Part shown: positions 36,201 to 48,056 of the stretch, in pieces
Layout of the letters: each line of letters opens with the position of its first letter
How positions within the stretch are numbered: the stretch's first letter is position 1
Assembly: GCA_946965045.2 (NCBI GenBank)
Contig: OX337229.1
Coordinates: 3,658,001-3,722,000 of the forward strand
DNA from: Epithemia pelagica
Lineage: Eukaryota > Protista > Bacillariophyta
DNA length: 64,000 nt
Direction of reading: 5' to 3'
Program-made: the position numbers and the translations under genes
Notes under the pieces: model-generated
What the model was told of the DNA's origin: nothing
Seen by the model: the letters and a program-made list of their open reading frames with translations, nothing else
The model's database searches: none

Positions 36201-39200
36201 GACAGCTGCATAGCGCATCAAATAAAATTTATCGCGACAAATCTTTCCTCTCACAACTTTCTGTATGGCTGCTGCGGCGCCGTGGAATCTTTCTGATCGC
36301 ATGGCCTCAATTCGGTCGAATGCTTCTCGCCGCAAAAAGACTTTAGTGCGTCCAAGTTGAAGGCCTGCAACAGCACATCTTGATGGGAAATCAAGTGCTA
36401 AGAATTCTTCTTCGGTTTCTGGGCGTCCCACGTCGTGATCTCGTCTTCTTTCTCGTAAAGCAACAGCAGGATCTTTCGTCCTCTTATGCTTACCGTCCGG
36501 AGTCATAACGGAACTCTCCACAACCAGATTAAACGGCGGTGCGTAAGGCCCAGAATGCAATTTTGGCTTTGTCGTATTCTTTGAACGAGCATGTTTCAAG
36601 AATGCGGCTGCGGCTGAGGATTGCCGCCCTGAATATTCAGCTTGAAGAAGTGCAAGCATTAACTGATGGTCCGCATACCATAGGTCAAAGGCAATCTTGG
36701 AAATGAGTCGTTTCAAGTCCGTAACTTGCTCCATATTATTTCTCGGCGAGAATGGAGGACTTTGAGGAGTGACATCAGTGCTGTCCCCTAGAATATGGTA
36801 CCGAGCAAGAAAAACGTCATGGGGATAACGCGTAGGATACCCAGCACGACTTACTCTGACGGCTTCTAGAACACCACCGCATCGGAGCTGGTCAACAACA
36901 TTCTTGGGTTCAAAGTAGTCTGGGACAAGCTCATCATTCGGTTTGAGGCAACGGATATAGTGTGGTACGGTCTTATCGATACGTGCGCGGAGCACACCCA
37001 ATTGACTTGAGAACTGAGAGCTCACGGACTTCGTTGCAACTGTTCCGCGTCCTGCACGATCTTCCGTACGAACAAAGCGTCGGATCTGGGCAATCAGCGA
37101 AAATTCAGCAGAATTGAGAAGCTCTGAAGACGCGGCTGGAAGCTGGTCTTTGTTCTTTTCAATCCATGAGTCTGTGTTATACTCAACATCACCGGCGTAG
37201 TGTTCAATACTAAAGAGATGATCCACGCGTTGCTTCGAGCTCGCTTTGAACCTGGCGTGTTTGTCACAACGTCCGTACAAGTAGCGTGTGTACTTCTCGT
37301 CTGTACTACGAGGCAGAATGCATTGTTCATCGAGCAAGGGCAAAATGCCTTCATGTTTCTTATCGATAAGGTCAAGCACATCTTGATTGTCTGGAAACGA
37401 AATGAATTTCCACATGATTCCCTCCTTTTCATACTCTTGTTGCTCTAGTTTGAACACGTACTTGTTGAATTGCTGCTGGAGAGCTTCGTTGGTAAAGTTA
37501 ATACAAAGCTGTTCAAAACCATTTGACCCGAATGTTTCGAAGCCAAAAATATCCAATACTCCAATTGAGGCAGTAGAATTCGGCGCATCGCCTTGATCAA
37601 TTCCAGCATTGACTTTTTCCACAATGAATTCGAAGGCAGCGCCGTAAATCGATTTAATGAACGCCTCGGCAGCTTTCGTCGCTTCCTCGACATTGAGAAC
37701 TTTGTGAACAACTTCATCACCTGCAAGGATCACTCTAGCAGTCAGTGCAGAAGCCAATCCTTCAAACCCGATTCCCAGGAGCTTTGCGCAGGACAACGAG
37801 GCCTCATCTTCGTTCAGAGTACATGATTCTCCATCCTTAGAAGGCGTGAAGGTCATGTTTCCTGCAAACAAAATTCCAGTTACGAGTCTCATCAAATCTT
37901 GTACTTCGTTCTCTGAAAAACCAATAGTAAGCTATGGAAGAAGCGAATTAGTTGGTTGGTAGAGTCAGAAGAGTACAAGACAAAGTGGCACTTACCATTG
38001 CCGAAAGCATATCATTGTGCTGGTTCGCATCATCTACACCATCTCGTCGATTGTATGTCCCACTCTGGTTCAGCAGCTTGAAATCTTTAACTCCCTTGCC
38101 CCGAAGTCCATAGGCACGACGTTCCGGGTCACTGCAACCAGCCAAAAATTGGTAAAACACGTGGTAGTTTCTTTCGCCGGTTCCGATATGGATAAGACGA
38201 ACTTTTTCCAGTAGGTAGGTCTCAATCTGTGCCCCCGACAACTTTCCTTGACGCGTAAACCGTATATCGATATACTTCCCGAAACGAGAAGAGTTGTCAT
38301 TCCGAAGGGTCCGAGCATTGCCAAATGCTTCTAAAATCGGGTTACTTTGTAAAACTTGTTGCTCGGTGCTCACGTGAGAAACTCTGGGAGATGAGGCATG
38401 TCGCTCCATTGTTACGCGCTCAATCTCTGCACGTCGTTTCGAAAGCATAGCAAAATAGTTAAGCACGATTTTGGTCGTTACTGTTTTTCCAGCCCCACTT
38501 TCACCTGAAACTAAAATGCTCTGGTCTGTGGGCGACTCTCGCTGGGTAACTGCAATTGCGCTGTCACCCCTGCGCATGCTTTTTGGGTTTTTCACCAGAT
38601 CGCTGTTTTCCATGCCCCTCATCATTGCACGGTATGCATCATCAGCCGCTTGGTAAACATGCGGTGGCAATCGTCGATGTTGCTGAGGCATTCGATGACC
38701 TCTCGCGCGTCTGTTCTTAAAAGGTGTAGTAAAAGACGTCGTTGTTGCTGCACTTGTCTCTTCTCCTTGAGTGCAATATTTCTCCATCATGTCACTTCCA
38801 TATATCTCCATTCGTTTGAAAGGATTAACGGCAATGAGAATAGGTCCAGTTGCTGTATAAATAATGTTGGCGTCATATCGGAGTCGGAGCGCATGAAGAA
38901 TTGCTGGCTCATGAAGATGAGTGAGTCCAATAAGGTCGTCAACACCGCCAACAATACCAGACTCTGAATGAGTACTTGGGCTCGCAATTACACCTGCTTC
39001 AGGGTCTTCCCCTTGTAGATGAAAAGAGTTCGGTAGGTTTCTCAACTTAACATCGTCATGATCAGCTGTCTTTAATTGTTCGGGATCAACAGTTACGACG
39101 ACTTCAAATTCTTCTTCCTCTGAGAAGTATCCTGGGCTTGTCTTGCCTTTCGATGATGGAGGTGGAAGGGTTTTCTCGATGTTGCGATCGTCATTGAGGG

Positions 39201-39318
39201 TAAGGTTGATCAGCTCCACCCCAGAGACAACAATCGATTCCTTTTTCGTAATCACTGCAGGAACCCATCCCCAGTGCGAGTCATCCTTACGGAGCCACAC
39301 GTGCGCACCCAGCTCCAT
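33246..39318 (-). CDS. Myosin with 4 IQ motifs, ankyrin repeats and a C-terminal kinase-like domain (exons 39318-37996, 37931-33246)
   Basis: P-loop GESGAGKT, switch I NDNSSRFGKY, switch II DIFGFE, HYIRCLKPN, four IQxxxR motifs, ankyrin repeats (LPIHHA, LPIHVA, LPLHIA, LPLHLL) and kinase subdomains (HGD..N, YHPPE, DIWAYG, HPFF). Confidence 0.92.
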
Positions 39319-40320
39319 CGTTCGGGAGACGTTGTTTCAGACTTCAGACTCCTCCGAATAGAAAATTTTTGTAACCGAGGTTCTACCCAAAGTTGTTTGA
39401 TGTCTGCTCTGCAAAACCTGCAATGCTCTCCTTTTGGGACAAAATTGAGGTCCCAAGTGCCAAAACCATATATGGTGAAGGAATAACGCCGGAATCTATC
39501 GTGAACGGGACAAACAAGAAGCGCGAGACCGTCACGCGCGCTTTTATAAACTATGGACATGTATACTGATTAAATGTTTGTTCAAGAGTCTACCTGTCAC
39601 GCTGCGCGACTCACAAATCTACTTGGGGCTTGACACAAAGAAACTCGGTCTGGAATACACGCGGGATAGCATGACCTCAACTCCCAATAGGTACCTCTAG
39701 CTCCATAGCAACAAGGAATTTCAATATCCATCCCTCGTTCGAAAGAACAAACAAAACCATCCACAACCTTTCAGAAGATTTGTCAATGAGCCTGGCATAG
39801 TTGCGGTTTAAGTGCCTCCTGCGAATGAGTTGGTGTGGTGATTGATTGATGTGAGCTAGAGGACGTGATGATTGATTGGGTTTGCAAGTCACGGGAAGTA
39901 GAGCACATGGCCAGTCATGTCATGACTCATGACTCGTGAGCTCACAAAACTTTGTAGGAGTATAATACTATTCCCTCAACGGAAACCAAGTCTAAAGAAA
40001 GCGCACCAACCAAGACCATGCGCCATTGTTGGATGGTCGACATGCTCTTCGACTTAGCTCCAAAGAGCCAATGTCCCCTTTTTGTGTTTGGAAAACACGG
40101 GTCCCTGCAGTCGCGGAACAAATGGGCAAAAGACTACCATTGGTAAATTGTAACAGACTCTTAACACTATAACACCACTGTTAGCGGCACAAAACTAAAG
40201 CACAATTCGAGTTGGCAAGAAGATGCAATAAGCAATAAAAGTGGAAGTATCATAGGTGCTGATGAGTCAGCTGTATGCAATTGAGATGTTGGGGGTAATA
40301 GTTTTAGGACTGATTGGTCG

Positions 40321-41276
40321 TCAATTGAGCAATTGCTCCAGAGTTTCAAGCGAAACCCCAGTGAGTGGATCATCCCCTAACTCGTCCACGACGAGATCCG
40401 CTCCGCTAAAGTCTTCTCCTGCAGTGTAAGAGCTTTTAGTGACAATACACTTAATCCTGGCAGCCATTGCAGCTCCAAGGCCAATTGCGCTGTCTTCAAC
40501 AATGACGCATCGAGCTTTATCGAGGCCCATGGTTTCAACAGCCAGATTATAGACATCTGGTGCAGGTTTCTTCTTTGAAACCATGTCTCCTGCAAATATC
40601 TGAAAATTGGACGCTCGATCTCCTCCCATAAGTGTATTGACAAGGTTTCTTACTGCCTTTTCGTTGCTTGTCGAACAAACAGCCAATTTGAGACCAGAAT
40701 TGATGGCATCGTCGATAACTCTCAACACCCCATGGCGCAGGGGAATTTGCTGTTGATTTATCAGATCCATGAATATGTCCGTCTTACGCAAATGCAGCTC
40801 CTTGACTTTCTCTTGTCTAATATCTACCGGGATAGCTGATGGCCATCCAACCTCGTTCCAGTGCGCGGTCATTCTTTCCTTTCCCCCGCCAACTTCCAGT
40901 AGCTTTCCGTATCGTTCCACTTCCCATATTGTGTCAAGACCATTTTCAGCAAAAGCTTGGTTGAAAGCCGGTCGATGGCCGTCTCGCTCGGTCTGAGAAT
41001 ACATTTATGAGGGAAAATCAAAGAAGTATTGGCAAACGCTTACATCGTACACAGTTGGCCAGAATCGGTCACAACAGGACTTACATCCGCCAGAACACCA
41101 TCCATGTCCCACAGAATTGCTTCAAGTTTCTCATGTAATACTGACATTGACCGGGATGTACTGACGCAATGGCGGAGGGAGCTTGTTGCCTTTGGTATGA
41201 AAGCTGAGCTTTCCGTGATCACAGAACAGAAAAGCACAAAAGTTGCGAGCCGAATAAAGGCAATCCAGTCGATCAT
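40321..41276 (-). CDS. CbbY-like HAD phosphatase, plastid-targeted (exons 41276-41085, 40992-40321)
   Basis: DMDGVLADTERDGHRPAFN, CSTSNE, KKKPAPDVY and VEDSAIG. Presequence ends ESSA-FIP. Confidence 0.85.
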
Positions 41277-41512
41277 CTTTAGCAACAAAACCACGAGGCA
41301 AAGACGAGGGAAGCAGCTTTTATGATCAGAAGAAGGTCTGATGTGTTTTGTTGGCGCTCTCTATCGGATATGTCATGACTTATTTCCGCGACCACATGTT
41401 TTAAGGAAAAAGTTTGGATATTGTTCGGCCTCTTGAAGACTCATGAGAGAGTAAGGCAGAATGGTCGTAACCTTGTCTGAATCTACATGATTGTCTTTGC
41501 GTTCCGGACAGA

Positions 41513-43540
41513 ATGACATATTCCCCTTTATTTTTGACCATCCCAACGCTGTGTTGTCTGATTTCAGTCAAGGCTTTTTCCGCCGGGAAGGTATGGAGAG
41601 ATCCAGTAAGCCGACCGCGTTCAACGAATCTCCAATTCTCATCGTCTTTGAATCCAACAACTACCTCCTATGAGAAAAATGAGAAAGAAGAAGGAAATGA
41701 GGATTTTGAGGACTTATTGAAACTACCACGTCATCCCAATAAATCCGTTAACCAAATCCTCGAGGAAACTGAAAGTGTTGTTGAAGCAATGTACAAGTTC
41801 TCGAAGGAGAAAAATGAGGGAAAGTCGATTGAAGATGCAAAAGAGGACGGGCGCTTGCACGAAAAAGTGTATGCGAACAATTACGTCGATCTTGGTAAGG
41901 TCGACACCATCGGATTCGACTTTGATTATACGCTGGTCACCTACACCGAAGAACTACTGGAGTTAATTTATGACATGGCATTGAAACGGCTTGTGAACGA
42001 CAAGCAGTACCCTACTGAAATGGTAAGCCATTCTCATGCTTCGAATCTTCAGCTATTCATACGAGAAATGTGCCTTCTCACCTTGCTCTTCAGCTTAACG
42101 TTGCAGCTCTTCATTTCGATCCACAGTTCAGGTATGTACATACCCTGCATAAATCCCTGTATTGTAGTCATACCTTACTGACTTCTTCCCGAACTATGAT
42201 GTTTATACTTCAGCATCAGAGGCTTGGCGGTGGATACTAAGACAGGATGGATTTGTCATTTATCTTATACGCACAAAGTTGCCGTTGCATGGGAAGGTCG
42301 CGAGAAAGTACCAACCCCTCGGATATACGCAGAGTATCGAGGGAAGCGCGGAATGACCCCTTCGGAACGAAAGAAACGACTCAAACCCTTGAATGATCTT
42401 TTCAGCATGTCGGAATGTTGCCTGATTGCTGATACAATACAGTTTTTTAAGGATCGGAGCATCCCTTATCATGGTCAAAATGTCGTAACGGATGTGCTCG
42501 CAGCGATTCGAGAGACCCATATTTCCGGGGATTTTCATCGCTTGGTTGCGGACAACCCAGGTATGTTGAGTCGCCTTCCATTCTCATAATGTCTATGGCT
42601 TCGTTTCTGACATGCGAAAGAACGGTATTTTGAGCCTACCCCTCATCTCCAACAAGTTGTACAGAAATTCAAGGATGCCGGGAAGAGATTGATCTTTGTA
42701 AGTAATTCTCCTTTCTGGTATGTAGACTCTGGGATGCGTCACATATTCGGAAATGAATGGAGAATGGATTGGGATGCCATCATCACATCAGCTGGTAAAC
42801 CGAATTTCTACACCGATGATTCTCGTCCATTTAGGGAAATATGTCAGGAAACAAGACGGCCGCTCTTTCGCGCAGTTGAACGATTTGACAAGGGGCGCGT
42901 CTATACAGGTGGATGCATCCAGGAGCTCACTAGGTTGATCGACTGGAGTGAAAAACGTAGTGCTAATGGTGTTCCAGAGCGAGATTTGTTTGGAATTAAA
43001 ACCGGCGCTGTTGATGTTGCGACTGCCAATGTGTTGTATATTGGAGACTCACTGTTTGCCGATCTGGTAGATGCCAAACGAGAATTCTCATGGACAACTG
43101 CGGCTGTCACTCCCGAAGTTGGTTACGAACTGGAAATACAAGGCCGCACAGATTTCACGTTGGCGCAGAGAGTCGTTGACTTGCTACTGAGTGCATTGCG
43201 CAAAGTTCAGGAAGAGATGGGATGTTCAATGCGTACAGAACAAGATACGGAAACTTTGGATGCTATAGAGAAATTGGTTTCAAAATGGCGCGACCGTGAA
43301 ACAAGAGTTTTGGGTAATCCATTTGGGAGCGTTTTCAGAGCACGCTATCAGCCATCTTTGTTTGCTCACTCTTTGCGCAGATATTGCGATCTTTATATGC
43401 CAAGCGTCAGCAGTTTGCGCAATTATTCGCCACAACATCGTTTCTACCCAGAGCAACACCATCGACTTCTTTCTCATGAAATCAAGAACGCACCTGCAGA
43501 TTGTTGGGGCATGGACGAAGTTATGGAGTGTGGCCTTTAG
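41513..43540 (+). CDS. 5'-nucleotidase domain (NT5DC/cN-II, HAD-IG) protein (exons 41513-42022, 42094-42131, 42214-42560, 42621-43540)
   Basis: IGFDFDYTLVTY, FSIRGLAVD (needs the 38-nt micro-exon), FVSNSPFWY, AGKPNFY and YIGDSLFADL. Signal peptide ends VKA-FSA. Confidence 0.88.
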
Positions 43541-44316
43541 ATGGTATGATGAAAGGGACCGCTAAACGCTAAAGACGTCCACCAGAAGTACTACATGAGG
43601 AGAAAGGAGCAGGCCACCTGGCAGCAGTCTTTCTCCATCCACTCATTGAAAATGCACCTTTTTTCAATCTTACACAAATTTGACACTCGGATTCGTCACA
43701 AACAAACAGCATTTGCTCTACGCTCGAATTTTAGGTGAAGGTCTTGCCTGTAGACGATAGCACTGAAAACTGTAAAACCCAGAACGCGGCATGGAAAACA
43801 GAGTCAGACCGGGTCGATCACCACCATCACGATGAAACAAAAACTCTATCCTCAGAAGGTTACCAAAAATTGAGTTCTCCTCATATGATCAGACAGGGAT
43901 AACTAATATGATCGTCCTTGGACATTATTCGCATTGACACACGTTGGAAGAACTTACTTCTCTTCATACTTGCCCCGAGCTTGCGAGATCATAAACCGTC
44001 TTGGGGTTTTCACTATCAGCTTCGAAACACTGAAAACGAGGTGGACGGTCAACGAATATCATTCCAACACCATTAATCAGTGATGTCTCCATGTAGTTGG
44101 GAGCATTGTCTCCATCTTTCGCTCTGGTATATCTTCTTACCCTTCAAAGTATATCTTGTTCCTTGTTCCATCTCGCGTTGCGGAATTGTGTGGACGCGAC
44201 GACAGTCAGTGAATCAATGCGCGCCGGTCGGACATGCAGTAACTAATACTTGAACAAACGAATCAAAATCATCTGTACTAATGTTGGTATAGTATAGTAC
44301 CGTCTGCTAACAAAGA

Positions 44317-44565
44317 GGTGTCTGTACTGGGTGGAGTGACGTGGCCGATGCTGGCCAGACTCCGCGACCGACAACAGAGGTGCGACTGCTCCGCCTCCTC
44401 GACGCGAGGCGAGCATCCGATTTGATTCCCACAATCGGAAGTTTTAGGATGACCCTGATGCAGAGTCGTTGGAGCGTGAGAAGAGCTCACTCTTCTTGGG
44501 TTCAGCATCTTTGCAACGACTACGAGACGAGTTCGAGATCGCAACGATTCTAGTTAGCTAATCTT
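44317..44565 (+). repeat. Split direct repeat A1 (249 bp)
   Basis: Appears identical to 51983-52231 by eye. Confidence 0.95.
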
Positions 44566-44585
44566 CTGAGTTTACCTTGTTCATC

Positions 44586-47468
44586 ATGACTTTCTCTGGT
44601 TCCAATCCGTTCCTCGACGATATCTTTCCGAAGAAACCGTCGTCGGCCAAGGGATCTGATCCCCCTGCTCCTTTCTTGTCTGCTCCCGTGGCAGCCGTCG
44701 TCTCCCAACCTGACGATCCGAAAGGAGATCAGAAACCTTCCGCCTCCAACAAGAAGTCCTCTCTCAAGGCTCATGCTCCTAAAGAAGATGATGACATTTA
44801 CTCTGTCGAGTCCGATTCCGAAGCCCAAGAGAAACTTTTCGCTGAAGCCAAGACCATCTCTGCTTCTAGCGACAAGACCAAGAACCCCAAGGCTCCGCCT
44901 CCTCTTGCTTTGAAACGCTTCGATTCTCTCATTGCTTCCAAAGAAGATCCGACTGGCAACGATGATGAACTTCTCCTCACGGAAGGAGAGATTGGTACTG
45001 ACCCTGACGACGAAAACCCACCCTTTCTTCTTCGTGCAGGCGCCTATCGTCATGAGTTCTATTTCACTCATGATTTCCACAAGCTCTCCGACAAGTCTCT
45101 CGAATACATCTTTTCAGAACTCGAGAAATCTGCTCCGATTGATTGGTGTGACTCCTTTTTCAAGCCCCTCCACGTCACTTTGACCCGTGATCCTTCCCTT
45201 TGGTCAGAAGTTCGATCCAGCTTCAATCGTCTCACCTCCACGGACGATCTCCATGTTTGGTTGACCTCCAAGACGAAGAACCATCCTTTTGCTTTGTTGG
45301 GTTTTTCTCGTGGTGGTAACCCCTTTCTCTTTCACAACCTTTGTTGCCCTGAGAATTGTGGTTCCTTTATTGATCCCCAGATCCCGTTTTATGGTCTCAA
45401 TCGCATCCCGTTCGAGTCCATCCCGTTCCAACTTGACAACGATGATGTTCCCCTCCTCTTAAGCGATCACGTGTTCTCTCAAGTCCCCACTTTTGCGGAG
45501 ATCCTCGATCATTGCGTCGTTGAAATTGATGACTTCTCCCCGTCGTCATCTTTCCCTCACCTGACCTTCGATTCATCCAAGTTCAAAAACTTCTCTGGTG
45601 TTGCTTCCAGCTCCTCTTCCTCCTCGAAGACCGATCGTGACTTTGTCTGCTCGAGCTTATGCCTCATCCCACCTTGTTTCTCTGGATTGATGCTCCACAA
45701 CACCGATGCCTCGACCCACAATGTCAACGTCTCGTTTGAGGACTTAGCCAGTGGATTGTACAAGGTTGCCCTCCACCATTGGTGGACGTCCTCCATGGAC
45801 AGTACCGTAGAGGTCAAGAAGAAAGGTATGCCTCTTGACTACCCTCTCCTCATGATTCAAGAGCCGATCATTCGCTTCCTTTGGATCGTTCTTCACCGTC
45901 GAGACAGCCCCAAGTTGCAGATTGTTTTCCCATCGATTCCCAAGGACCCTTCGAAAGCGAATTCCACGATTTCGATTCATCGCTCCCGAGTCTTTCCCAA
46001 CCTTGCTCCTCAAGCCCGCAGGACACCGTCATCCTCCAAGCGCCCATCTTTGCGTCGCTCCTCGTCCAATGTCCGCTTTCAATCGACATCTCCGGTTGAT
46101 TGTTTGATGCCGCCTCAAGATACCTCCCCATCGACAGATCAGCTCTCTTCCCAAGGCAATGGCGTCCGAATGCTTGACGACGATGGCAATGTCCATTTTG
46201 TCTCTCCCGAGATGTTCTTACTCTCGAAATGCATTAAGGAGATGACATCCAAGAAAAGCGGCAACGAAGATGACATCACTGCCCCTGAATCAAAAAGCAT
46301 GTTTCGCGACATGCCACTGAACGCCCAGAAGACTTTGCGCCTTGGATCGATTACTTCATCTGCCATCTCTTTACCAGATGAATTGTCCCAGATCATCAAA
46401 ATCGTCTGGAAATCGAAAAACTCCGCAACATTCTTTGAGTCTTTTCTCGCCGAAGTCTTCGACCCCTCAGACAATGCATGCACCATCCTTTTCGGACAAT
46501 GCACCGTCATTCAACGCTTGGGTTTACGTTGGAAGTCCGAAGCTTGTCCAGGGGGTTTCAGTCCCTTCTCGTTCGATCCCTACGCCATTCCAGGCTTGGA
46601 TTCGAACAACACCCTGGACAAGAATATCCGACAACAGATTCATGACGCTTCCTTGTTTCACTTAAACGATATGAAACAATCCAAGGACATGCAGCAATTG
46701 TACTCTGACCACAACCTATTTTTCCCGAGAACAGCGGATGAGTTCGAAAAGCAGTTGCGTTCTTTCTGGGCATGCGCAAAAGGCCTTTGTGGCTCGTCTT
46801 TGATGATTGCAAACCAAGTTCTCAAGGTCTTGAACTTTTACCACAAGTTTCGGACAAAGATTATGGCCAAGCAACAGAGCTCGGGTAACGACTTTTATTT
46901 CGGGCAATTTCTTTTTGCCATCGACGAAGCTGTTCAAGAGTTCGTTGCGACCCTATCGAGTGCTTCATCACTAGCAGACATTGGCTTCAACGATTTCGAA
47001 GAACGCGTGAATTGGATCTTATTCAATGTCAAGACCGGTTCGACTCTCGTTTCCCTCCCTCCGGCACTACAAGCCAAATTCCAAGCCAACCAACTCAAGC
47101 ACTCCCAAAAGAAACGTTCGGCAGGTTCTGATGACGGTCCTTCCAATCCCAAGCGTCAACAGAATTCATCTTCGTCGAACTCTGACCCACCCAAGACCCC
47201 CATCACTTTTGACTCCCCATCCAATTGGCGACTTCCATCCGAATCCAATTACATGAGTGTGTTCCCACCAAGCGTTCTTTCCAACATCCCCTTCGTGACG
47301 AAAGATGGGGGGAAGAAGCAACATTTTTGCAACATCTTGTTCACCAAAGGAATCTGCAAGAAAGGCAAGAAATGTAAATTTCTTCATGATGATCCCAGCA
47401 AACACAACAAGAAAGAGGCCATGGACGAGTTCTACCGATCCGCATATGCCAATGCGAATCGCAATTGA
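44586..47468 (+). CDS. Gag-like ORF1 of the YR retrotransposon
   Basis: About 960-aa ORF immediately after A1, ending in a C-x8-C-x5-C-x3-H zinc finger (CNILFTKGICKKGKKCKFLH). Confidence 0.75.
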   Translation: MTFSGSNPFLDDIFPKKPSSAKGSDPPAPFLSAPVAAVVSQPDDPKGDQKPSASNKKSSLKAHAPKEDDDIYSVESDSEAQEKLFAEAKTISASSDKTKNPKAPPPLALKRFDSLIASKEDPTGNDDELLLTEGEIGTDPDDENPPFLLRAGAYRHEFYFTHDFHKLSDKSLEYIFSELEKSAPIDWCDSFFKPLHVTLTRDPSLWSEVRSSFNRLTSTDDLHVWLTSKTKNHPFALLGFSRGGNPFLFHNLCCPENCGSFIDPQIPFYGLNRIPFESIPFQLDNDDVPLLLSDHVFSQVPTFAEILDHCVVEIDDFSPSSSFPHLTFDSSKFKNFSGVASSSSSSSKTDRDFVCSSLCLIPPCFSGLMLHNTDASTHNVNVSFEDLASGLYKVALHHWWTSSMDSTVEVKKKGMPLDYPLLMIQEPIIRFLWIVLHRRDSPKLQIVFPSIPKDPSKANSTISIHRSRVFPNLAPQARRTPSSSKRPSLRRSSSNVRFQSTSPVDCLMPPQDTSPSTDQLSSQGNGVRMLDDDGNVHFVSPEMFLLSKCIKEMTSKKSGNEDDITAPESKSMFRDMPLNAQKTLRLGSITSSAISLPDELSQIIKIVWKSKNSATFFESFLAEVFDPSDNACTILFGQCTVIQRLGLRWKSEACPGGFSPFSFDPYAIPGLDSNNTLDKNIRQQIHDASLFHLNDMKQSKDMQQLYSDHNLFFPRTADEFEKQLRSFWACAKGLCGSSLMIANQVLKVLNFYHKFRTKIMAKQQSSGNDFYFGQFLFAIDEAVQEFVATLSSASSLADIGFNDFEERVNWILFNVKTGSTLVSLPPALQAKFQANQLKHSQKKRSAGSDDGPSNPKRQQNSSSSNSDPPKTPITFDSPSNWRLPSESNYMSVFPPSVLSNIPFVTKDGGKKQHFCNILFTKGICKKGKKCKFLHDDPSKHNKKEAMDEFYRSAYANANRN

Positions 47469-48056
47469 CGCCAGGACGGGTTGATTGTTTCTTCATCATC
47501 GAATTCATCTTCCTTTTTGCGAGACGACTCTCGACCCACCGATAATAGTAAAAATATAGTCGCGGAGTCTTCTTCTTACTCCAAGCCTCTTTCACCTTCA
47601 TCACCTTCCGCATCCAACATTGTTGCATCCTTCCTCCCTCCATTGGCGACACCGTCGTCTGACCAAAAACCCAAGATTCCAAGCACTGCGAACCCTTTTC
47701 TGGTTCATCATGTCACACAAGATTACTCAAGATACCCCGAGACTCGTCAACGAGAACTCTCCGATCTGATCTCGTCCGTTCAGAATCAATGTGTCATCAC
47801 GTCTGATTCTACTCCCAAGATCCGTTCGTCCGTTGACGCATCCCCCACCAATTCCACGATTGCCACCAATCGTTCCCAACCAACCTCGAAGGATCTCGCA
47901 AGAGACTCCTTTTCCGTTGGCACCCCAACAAGACCCCCAAGTCCCCCAAGTTCCCTTTCCGAAAATCTGCCCTCACAAATTGCGGAATCTCTCCCAGGGA
48001 GCTCCTCTTCAATCATCGGGTCTGATTTTTCCGGCAAGCCATTACAACGAATGTGA
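47469..48056 (+). other. ATG-less S/P-rich frame continuing ORF1 past its TGA
   Basis: Same frame as gag and open from the codon after TGA 47466-47468 to TGA 48054-48056. Confidence 0.45.

Noticed and set aside
39895-39950. Cluster of TCATGA/GAGCTC palindromes upstream of the myosin gene, and similar CTAG/AGCT runs at about 21295 and 31325
   Set aside because: Short, low-complexity and not demonstrably above chance without genome-wide statistics.
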